Of a stretch of 15,914 bases of DNA, positions 8,901-15,082 are shown piece by piece. Source of the stretch: an uncultured archaeon (GTDB lineage: Archaea; Asgardarchaeota; Lokiarchaeia; Sigyniarchaeales; SOKP01); NCBI GenBank assembly GCA_964632315.1, contig CAZWEM010000070.1:1-15914 (forward strand). The letters are read 5' to 3'. Numbering within the stretch: position 1 is the stretch's first letter; the number at the start of each line of letters is the position of its first letter. The notes under the pieces were generated by a model that had not been told where the DNA came from, made no database searches, and worked only from the letters and a program-made list of their open reading frames with translations. Made by a program: the position numbers and the translations under genes.

Positions 8901-9733
8901 ATTTTGACAATTATGCCTTTCTTATTCCTGAGATCATCAACTTTTTAGGAAGTCTTCAGACCGTACATCAAATTGGGAATCTATACCGAAGCAAGATCGC
9001 TGAAGAACTGAAGAACACCATTTATCCTAAATTATCTAAGATAACAAAAGATAAACGACAGTTGAAAAAAATGCGAGATGAAATTTTAACCATACTTTTG
9101 TCTCATGGTTATCTAATTGAAAGTCATCCAAATCAAGCAAGCGGAGGGCAATCAATACGTCCCTCGTTCCAAGTCTCTCCCAAGTTTACCACCATCTTGG
9201 AAGATTATTATCAAGCAAAGCAAGTAATCCCTACCAACGTGGAATTTGAAACGGTATCGCAAGAAACTGAGGATGTTACTGAATTCGTTTTTTCAGATAA
9301 CCCTAAAAGAAGCATGCTTCCCTTAACAGAAGTAAAATCCATAATGCGAAGGATCTCCATTGATATTTTACAATGGAATCTATTTCAGATGCATCGCTCC
9401 TTGACCAAACAAGATTATGAGCAGTGCCTTAAGATCGGAAAAGATTTATCTGAAGTGTTCATTTCCAATCTCCAAGCTGAAGTTGAGCGTTTACCTGATG
9501 TCAAGCAATTTAATTCGCTAAATGAGTTCTTCACTTCATTATGTAAAGTAGAAGGATTTCCATTGACTGAAGATGAGATTAAAAGGTGGTTTAAATATCC
9601 CAAAACTTTAATCTCCACCGAGCAAATTACTCAAAACAATATTAAGGATGTTTGTCACAACATTTATAACTCTCATCGAGATTTTTCATTTCAATTGGAA
9701 CCATACATATCAGGAGGGAAAAAAGTAATTTGA
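5921..9733 (+). CDS. Membrane-anchored VirB4/HerA (FtsK-HerA superfamily)-like protein with degenerate Walker motifs
   Basis: 1270-aa ORF, TTG start preceded by AGGAAGGTGGTGA. Two TM hairpins (about aa 50-92 and 285-326). The C-terminal half follows HerA/VirB4 motif order: IPLG...FSLDQARELLIMNGTDASRE...GQKVIYFDFTGN...SIDP...IIIDISS...YFIIPHID...GHGLVCTASQ...YITFK...LMTMRPHEALMK...PFPVEF. Confidence 0.75.
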   Translation: MVDYIQYLEKSSLKSSKHKKQGEQEEDHSKDRDLWPINPEFRDVNPKYLAMRLGSLMVILAVMISHLILLSFSFITVIELTMFSILLFLFAFRERIFFLQKLFSLRQFDPFEFFVFWHLKDDPHSVFYTLPADFLTVGLRVFRMEVIPENVTASIKHFVRAAASNFHSLNYQVVHQPMHTSLFDKNFPRKHSHRTFIYFTVAKKFTGFVTISKLKRLMQSLRAETSNFSSRFIADFHHYRIIMLSKRETTSALRTIFLQLPETETGSESDFEVKKPISPIQAFTKISVILFLSILNGWLISLTWNNSLLSMLISLSSCILLILIWWKELVFRISSKRILDLDAVKIINPFQDMSFYRFKKAPDSIYFHSNKGITGGIHALNVRHVPQPLFFDENKLYHPLVGTGISFSTTISAVPISFKAFEKAGFKKLNRRARNDLSWKARTEEARAIWMVQRAGIWKAEMVLTTQAYRKEKELSSETLQDIEMELLENSQKLSGLFYIQYSACRLQSLHNNRLESAVLMTSIKSRYTRLGGSHLRYSLIQGMDLYHFLDIDNAFKKGIETKIAAEFNTPLHLENEIPLGHTINTEFLEQEVVAGFSLDQARELLIMNGTDASREEVSLLIARNLIAQGQKVIYFDFTGNGSKLIKLLKKESLHNNILLYNLGKTLSIDPIHSEIPHDTQNVKFLDLMLDVYALCFKKDEHTVAMFKNSLSQLSTSGDKADFMGFHTLSLTLDTQQDWKTSPAVSSILSTLEDFTEQDSVYLYSQGNSPQNKSTVVEFFKNEKSIIIDISSTNDLEKKCFFTWLILAKLLHYQSRVDDVTPKYFIIPHIDMVFDQYFLEKNMKYGKIGKFISPLLQAGHGLVCTASQAHFLHSSIFYLFLNYITFKATDTRDISTLRNVLNLEELHGQGYYSKSRNEAYQVRYLMTMRPHEALMKRDDIYQPFPVEFDVNSIKTMVPLSWKEIIYHMKNEGYDIEDAEREIFERARKTVIENDFDNYAFLIPEIINFLGSLQTVHQIGNLYRSKIAEELKNTIYPKLSKITKDKRQLKKMRDEILTILLSHGYLIESHPNQASGGQSIRPSFQVSPKFTTILEDYYQAKQVIPTNVEFETVSQETEDVTEFVFSDNPKRSMLPLTEVKSIMRRISIDILQWNLFQMHRSLTKQDYEQCLKIGKDLSEVFISNLQAEVERLPDVKQFNSLNEFFTSLCKVEGFPLTEDEIKRWFKYPKTLISTEQITQNNIKDVCHNIYNSHRDFSFQLEPYISGGKKVI

Positions 9734-10050
9734 CAATGGAAATCAAGAACTTGGTGGAAAAAATCGTGTTCGATGAGTATCAATTATTACAACTTAAGCA
9801 GGCATTAACTAAGCTAAATAGGAAAAAAATTGAATTGAAAGAAGTAAAAGAAATCATCTTAAACCAAAGAACAGTTATAATGGAATCTCTTGTTGATTTG
9901 TTATTTTTTTACCTAAGTCAACAACAATCAAGGTTATCTTCAAATGAAAAAGGAGAGAAAATAAAAAAACTACAATTGCAAATTAAAGAACGAGAAGATT
10001 TATTGGAAGAAATTGGAAAAAGATTGGAAAATATCAAGTTGATTCCATGA
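9730..10050 (+). CDS. Hypothetical small coiled-coil protein
   Basis: 106-aa K/E/Q/L-rich ORF. TTG start overlaps the upstream stop (TTGA), with GGAGG at 9713-9717; ATG 9736 is an alternative start. Followed by oligo-T. Confidence 0.75.
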   Translation: MTMEIKNLVEKIVFDEYQLLQLKQALTKLNRKKIELKEVKEIILNQRTVIMESLVDLLFFYLSQQQSRLSSNEKGEKIKKLQLQIKEREDLLEEIGKRLENIKLIP

Positions 10051-10060
10051 TTATTTTTTT
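10051..10060 (+). terminator. Oligo-T, probable archaeal terminator ending the operon
   Basis: TTATTTTTTT directly after the stop at 10050. Confidence 0.4.
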
Positions 10061-10284
10061 ATCATACTGAATTAAAAAAATAGAACTAGATAACTTCATT
10101 TTAAATTGGAACGGTTTCATTCCGTATGTAATCAAATCTTATTATATTCAGAGGAAAGCATATTGGCATTTCCAAAACGATGAATTAATTTATTCAGAAG
10201 GTAAAATTTTTAAACTGAATATACTAATTATAGTTTGAACAAGATCATTTATCCAAGGATTTAACAAATTATAATTGAAAAATC

Positions 10285-10941
10285 ATGGAAATCAGTCTCA
10301 TCTTTCCCTTTTTGGACCCAGAACATTTTTTCCTTCAATTAATATCAATTTTTCCAATCATTTTATATAATCTTCTAATTTATATGACTATTTGGAGATA
10401 TAAAGAGGATTTAAAATTATCAAGATTACTCCTCATATCTTCCCTAATCGCGTTAGGAGTAGCCCTTGCTACTTTTTTTCTACCGGGAATTAGCGCAAGT
10501 CATGTCTCTGAAGAGGAAGTGCTTATTTTAAACCTCTATAGTATCTTGATACCGATACTTACTCTCATTCCAATGCAATTTTTTCCCGCTTTATCTCTCT
10601 TAATTTTCGGTTATTTCAATATTAGACAATATAAATATTACTTACTTCTTGCTGGAACCTTTTTATTTGCTTATTACGTGTTCTCCTTTATTAATTTTGC
10701 GTTTACAATATTATTAAGCCCTTCAGAGTATCTTGAAAATATCATCTTATATACATTCTTAAGTTATGTATTCCTCGTGATGATTCTGACAGCGTATGCC
10801 TTTCTGATTGTTCATGGTGTTTTAAATAAGCAACCTTTTTTTAGGAGTACAGGGATAGTTCTGGTTAGTACGGTTGTATTTTTATTTTTCTTTTCATCAT
10901 TTTTCTATAATTTAATATTTGGATTTTTTAGAGGGATATAG
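10285..10941 (+). CDS. Hypothetical polytopic membrane protein (about 6 TM)
   Basis: 218-aa ORF, almost entirely hydrophobic with short loops; no recognisable catalytic motif. Confidence 0.8.
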   Translation: MEISLIFPFLDPEHFFLQLISIFPIILYNLLIYMTIWRYKEDLKLSRLLLISSLIALGVALATFFLPGISASHVSEEEVLILNLYSILIPILTLIPMQFFPALSLLIFGYFNIRQYKYYLLLAGTFLFAYYVFSFINFAFTILLSPSEYLENIILYTFLSYVFLVMILTAYAFLIVHGVLNKQPFFRSTGIVLVSTVVFLFFFSSFFYNLIFGFFRGI

Positions 10942-10964
10942 TCTTTAAAGGAGTTGATAATTTT

Positions 10965-11519
10965 ATGAAAATAAAAAGATATCAAATATTCTTCAGTATT
11001 TTCCTAATGCTTCTAGTGTCTGCTAATATGGAAAGGATGACTGCATCTTATGAGCGTGAATCCAATTCAATCTCTATTAATGGAGAGACTGACGTTGTTG
11101 TACTTTATCCAGGGGATTATGTGTACGTCCGACACTATGTAGAAAGAATAATTATTTTCTCTTTTCAATGTGATAATCCAAATGTAAAAGTTACAGCTTA
11201 TTTAATGGAGGATAATTACTTTGAGTCATTCCAACATGATATGGGGTATGCAGCATTTTATTTGTCCAATGGCCCGAAAAATAGTGCTTCTGGACGTTAT
11301 GAAGTTCCTCATGAAGATTATTGGAATATTGTGTTTATAAATGAAGAATCTAATGGAGAATCGACCATTTTGCGTTATCAGCTTCAATTTGATAATGAAG
11401 ATCCATTCATTTACATAACACCTATTCTTGCTGTATCTCTCGTAGTTGGAGTTGTAGTATCGCTTTTTCTAATACGTAGGAAAAAGCCTAGAGAATCTGT
11501 GGCAGTTTTAGCCTCTTAA
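10965..11519 (+). CDS. Single-pass surface protein with a GOLD/PPC-like beta-sandwich domain
   Basis: RBS GGAGTTGA; signal peptide MKIKRYQIFFSIFLMLLVSA; beta-rich domain (IIFSFQC...VTAYLM...SASGRYEVPHEDYWNIVFIN); C-terminal TM followed by RRKK. Confidence 0.8.
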   Translation: MKIKRYQIFFSIFLMLLVSANMERMTASYERESNSISINGETDVVVLYPGDYVYVRHYVERIIIFSFQCDNPNVKVTAYLMEDNYFESFQHDMGYAAFYLSNGPKNSASGRYEVPHEDYWNIVFINEESNGESTILRYQLQFDNEDPFIYITPILAVSLVVGVVVSLFLIRRKKPRESVAVLAS

Positions 11520-11554
11520 TTAGTTAAAAATGATATGTAGATAAGATAAAACAG

Positions 11555-12394
11555 TCATTTCATCTCGAACTGAAAAGGTTGCATTCTCAAATAGTCGAAT
11601 CCTGAGACATTTGGTGCTAAATTCATAGGTTTTACTCCTAATAGTCCGGCAAAGATGATTTCCGCACAAAGATAAGAGGCTGCAATGCCAATAAAAGGTG
11701 CAAATGAACGATAGGGCACTTCACCGCTTTTCATTTGATCCCACATTCCTGGTTCTCGATCATAAATTTCATCAATACCAGGAAACTGAAGCAACTTAGG
11801 AAAAAGATCTCCGAAACTGGTCATCTCTGAATTAAGCAAGTCATGGGTTGTCATTTTATGAGTCTTTAACCCATAACACGTTTCATAATCGATGCTTGTC
11901 TTGGTAAACCAAAACGACCAAATATAGGGAATTCCCCACGTTTCCACTAAAGGAATCATTCGTTCTTGACAGCCTCGTGCGATCAAGATTGAGCCAATAG
12001 GATCGTCCAAAGTAAGTGCTACAACCTTCACGTTGTTTAAAAGTTTATCAGTGGTTTTTTCATTTACTGCATCAAATTTTCCTATGTGAACGCGTTCATT
12101 TATTTTTCTCAATTTTTTTTCAACCACATCAATTTTTCGCATTCCCATGTGCTTCCTCTCGCAGATTTGCCGGTTGAGATTAGACGGATCGAACACGTCT
12201 CGGTCGCATATAACCAATTTCTCACAACCCGCCCTTACTAAAAGCTCAGATAACATACCACCCAGTCCACCTACTCCAAATACGCCGATAGGTGTGGTTC
12301 GAAGCTTTTCCTGTTCTTCTGGAGTGACATGACCAATATTTCTGCTCACGTGTTTAGAATAATCTTGGGTCCATTTTTGAGATAACTCTAACAT
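11555..12394 (-). CDS. ThiF/MoeB/E1-like adenylyltransferase family protein
   Basis: SRNIG..TPEEQEKL, GVGGLGG nucleotide-binding loop, DRDVFDPSNLNRQ, the conserved K in GMRKID, and a downstream LDD. No CxxC zinc pairs. Confidence 0.92.
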   Translation of the reverse strand: MLELSQKWTQDYSKHVSRNIGHVTPEEQEKLRTTPIGVFGVGGLGGMLSELLVRAGCEKLVICDRDVFDPSNLNRQICERKHMGMRKIDVVEKKLRKINERVHIGKFDAVNEKTTDKLLNNVKVVALTLDDPIGSILIARGCQERMIPLVETWGIPYIWSFWFTKTSIDYETCYGLKTHKMTTHDLLNSEMTSFGDLFPKLLQFPGIDEIYDREPGMWDQMKSGEVPYRSFAPFIGIAASYLCAEIIFAGLLGVKPMNLAPNVSGFDYLRMQPFQFEMK

Positions 12395-12481
12395 AAAATC
12401 ACATCTTTAGATTGGAATAATTTGCATATATTTAAATGAAAATTTCTAAAGAATTGTTTAAAACCAGCATCGGTGCAAGAA

Positions 12482-12489
12482 TTAAATAT
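12482..12489 (+). promoter_or_regulatory. Candidate TATA box for the microprotein gene
   Basis: TTAAATAT about 30-37 nt upstream of ATG 12519. Confidence 0.35.
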
Positions 12490-12518
12490 TAGTTGATAAT
12501 AACTAGAATTAGATCAAA

Positions 12519-12680
12519 ATGGCTGAATCTAATGAAGATAATGAAATCGTTGAAACTGAACTCAAGATGATAAGGAATAAGTTAAATGGCATGCATGATA
12601 CCTTGAAGATCAGCTTGGCATATATTGTTGTTTTATTAATTCTGGTTGTTATCATGTTATGGACTTCGCCAACTTTTTAA
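12519..12680 (+). CDS. 53-aa tail-anchored microprotein (not in the ORF track)
   Basis: MAESNEDNEIVETELKMIRNKLNGMHDTLKISLAYIVVLLILVVIMLWTSPTF*. It fills the intergenic gap and has a TATA-like box upstream and a T-rich tract downstream. Confidence 0.75.
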   Translation: MAESNEDNEIVETELKMIRNKLNGMHDTLKISLAYIVVLLILVVIMLWTSPTF

Positions 12681-12771
12681 TTTTCTCATTTTCTGTTTTT
12701 GTCACTTGTTCTTTAAATAGAATCAGATAATTTGTGAGTATTCAAATTATATTAATATTTAGTGAAGACTC

Positions 12772-13992
12772 ATGATTACTCAAGAATTACTTACTTACCC
12801 CGTGATTCCAAAAGAGTATCTTTTCCCGAAGTCCATCGAAGAATTTTTGGATATGTTTAAAGGAATCCTTGATCTGGATATTGAGAAAGGAATGGAACTG
12901 AATTTTATCATTGAAGGACGTAATAACAATAAAATTAGTCCCATCTTGAGACTGGCAAAACCTAAAGATGCTAAAGAGATAGCAAAAATTTGTAAAGAGG
13001 TTTATAAGAACAGTTACCCCTATAAACAAATAGAAGATCCATCTCACGTAAAAAAAATGATTAAAAGTCCTAATCACCACTTCATTTTATTCATTGTGGA
13101 CGAATATATAGCTGGATGCTTTCGTTGCGAAATCGATTTTGATCATAAAAAGGCTTATATGGGCACTTTCATCCTTAGGGAACAGTTTCATAAAAATCTT
13201 GATGTAGTAAAAACCATTATGGGAGCTTATTACTGGATGTGGTCCACGTTCAATGATGAAGTGATAGTTTGGTATTGCGAAAATAGAACTGCACACGCAA
13301 CATCTCAGTACATTACTGCGGTATGTGGTATCAATACAATTGCCATTTTGCCAAACAAAGATGTCTTTTACGGAGAAGTAGAAAGTGATGTAATGGGAAT
13401 AATGTATCGTCAAGATACACTGAAAAAGTATCGTTCTAAGAAAGTCCCCTCACTTATTGAAGGGTCAGTGGATTGTTTTTTGCATGCAGATAATCTTTAT
13501 CAATTAGGGTTTTTTCATTTAGTATCACCTCATTTAAACTTGGACAAACAGTTAATAAATAGCTTGAAAGAGAAAATTAAAAGAAAAATCACGCGAGATA
13601 AGCAAGGTTACCAACATTTTTGCTTGAAAATTGAGGAAAGAGATTCGTATTTTACATTTCTTCACACGCTATCCATTCAAAACTTTGAAAAAACAAAGTA
13701 TAAAGTAAGCTGTCTAGAAGAATTATATGTATTCTTGGAAGAGATCCAGAAATATATCACGGAATATGAAATTCGATATTGCGAGATTTTCATCTCTTCA
13801 TATGAACCTCAATACCAACAATTATTGCAGGAATTTGGATTCCAAGCGAGAGGGTATGCACCTAGCCTCTTATATAACGAGCTTAATGGAACATATGATG
13901 ATCAAGTGATTTTCAATTGGTATAAAGGAGAAATTGAAAAAATTGAGTTATTACCTCAAGGACAAGAACTTTATGATATGTTAGGACTTTAA
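12772..13992 (+). CDS. GNAT-family N-acyltransferase, probably with two GNAT-like domains
   Basis: ILRLAKPKDAKEIAKICKEVYKNSYPY, IAGC, AYMGTFILREQF, YCENRTAHATSQ; a second GNAT-like end reads YCEIFIS..EPQYQQLLQEFGFQARGYAP. Confidence 0.75.
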   Translation: MITQELLTYPVIPKEYLFPKSIEEFLDMFKGILDLDIEKGMELNFIIEGRNNNKISPILRLAKPKDAKEIAKICKEVYKNSYPYKQIEDPSHVKKMIKSPNHHFILFIVDEYIAGCFRCEIDFDHKKAYMGTFILREQFHKNLDVVKTIMGAYYWMWSTFNDEVIVWYCENRTAHATSQYITAVCGINTIAILPNKDVFYGEVESDVMGIMYRQDTLKKYRSKKVPSLIEGSVDCFLHADNLYQLGFFHLVSPHLNLDKQLINSLKEKIKRKITRDKQGYQHFCLKIEERDSYFTFLHTLSIQNFEKTKYKVSCLEELYVFLEEIQKYITEYEIRYCEIFISSYEPQYQQLLQEFGFQARGYAPSLLYNELNGTYDDQVIFNWYKGEIEKIELLPQGQELYDMLGL

Positions 13993-14032
13993 AGTTTCTC
14001 ACATTTTCATAAGAAAATAGCCCACCATAAAG

Positions 14033-14051
14033 TTATTTTTCTTTTTTTTTT
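14033..14051 (+). terminator. Oligo-T tract, probable terminator
   Basis: TTATTTTTCTTTTTTTTTT about 40 nt after the GNAT stop. Confidence 0.4.
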
Positions 14052-14171
14052 AAATTCAAAATTTAAGGCACTCTCTAATTTTATTAATAAATTTAACTGT
14101 AAAGTGTATGCATTTCTACCCAATCGGAAAACAGTTCCAATTAAATAAATAGAAATGTAGGGAATTTAAAA

Positions 14172-15035
14172 GTGCGAAATTATTGGGTAATTCAATTCTA
14201 TATAGTATTGATTGTAGGAGTGATGTTTTGGGGAGTCATTCAGGCAAGATCCATCACTAGTTCTCAAGAAACATCCGTCTTATACAGTGAAATTCATACT
14301 TTTAACCCGCCAGGTAACCATCTCATCATTGATACTCTATCATTTCAAGAAAGTCGGTATTATGAGCTTTCGTTCAAAGTAGTTTCCCCCCATAACTGTC
14401 AAACAAACCTTTCTATGACGGATCCAGATGGTTATAATTATCTTTTATATTCAGGGACGATAACTAATGACCTTAAAAATATCATGTTCGGAGCATCAGT
14501 AACAGGAGCCCATTCATTAATTATTGAATTTAAAACAACAGAAACGTTAAATGTTCACGTGCAAGTTAAATCTTTTGGTAAGATTAGTGAAAAACTTGAA
14601 CTTTCAGGAAAGATAATAAAAGCTCAAACGATTCGGTATTTACCTAATGAATCAAGAAAAGAAATTTCATTCATACTTGAAAAAAAGGATGAATGCATGG
14701 TTAATCTTTTTTCTACCACGCCCCTTCAAATTCAACCTTCCCTTTCTTTAAATGTTTCCCTAGAAGACCCAAAAGAACAGTTCTTTTCCTTTTATCAAGG
14801 TTGTATGGAAGAAAACCTCAGTTTTGAGTTCCAAACAAATTACATAGGATTTCATTCTCTGATTACGGAAATAGAAGCTCTTGAATCTCCCCTTAACTTG
14901 ATGGTCATTATTTCACTTCAGGTAGAAAAATCAGATGTGATCTATTCAGTTCCATTGGAAGCCCAACTATATTCTGGTATCATTTTATTGACCATATTGT
15001 TGATACCCTACTTTATTATTCGAAAATTGGAATGA
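14172..15035 (+). CDS. Single-pass surface protein with two tandem GOLD/PPC-like beta-sandwich domains
   Basis: N-terminal signal peptide; duplicated motif LSMTDPDG..Y.G...F.ASVTGAHSLIIE and VSLEDPKE..Y.G...F.TNYIGFHSLITE; C-terminal TM followed by RKLE. Confidence 0.8.
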   Translation: MRNYWVIQFYIVLIVGVMFWGVIQARSITSSQETSVLYSEIHTFNPPGNHLIIDTLSFQESRYYELSFKVVSPHNCQTNLSMTDPDGYNYLLYSGTITNDLKNIMFGASVTGAHSLIIEFKTTETLNVHVQVKSFGKISEKLELSGKIIKAQTIRYLPNESRKEISFILEKKDECMVNLFSTTPLQIQPSLSLNVSLEDPKEQFFSFYQGCMEENLSFEFQTNYIGFHSLITEIEALESPLNLMVIISLQVEKSDVIYSVPLEAQLYSGIILLTILLIPYFIIRKLE

Positions 15036-15037
15036 AC

Positions 15038-15053
15038 TTTCTTTTTTTCTTTT
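15038..15053 (+). terminator. Oligo-T tract, probable terminator
   Basis: TTTCTTTTTTTCTTTT immediately after the stop at 15035. Confidence 0.4.
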
Positions 15054-15082
15054 AAATATTCCTCGTTCTAAATGATTCTATT

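Noticed and set aside
5267-9618. Short ORFs 5267-5515, 7111-7317, 7206-7538, 7234-7581, 8098-8328 and 9415-9618
   Set aside because: All are nested in or antisense to the long operon genes, with no motifs or expression signals.
5921-9733. Pseudogene or active conjugative element interpretation
   Set aside because: The ORF is intact and translationally coupled, and no relaxase, integrase, att site or tRNA boundary is visible in the window.
10002-10031. Three ATTGGAA copies
   Set aside because: Lies inside a coding region (LEEIGKRLEN); too short and too closely spaced for a CRISPR array.
11555-12394. Ubiquitin-system E1 (eukaryotic signature) interpretation
   Set aside because: No zinc motifs, and no ubiquitin, E2, RING or JAB genes are adjacent in the window.
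12147-13909. Short ORFs 12147-12332, 12787-13080, 13087-13413 and 13727-13909
   Set aside because: Shadows of the ThiF and GNAT genes.
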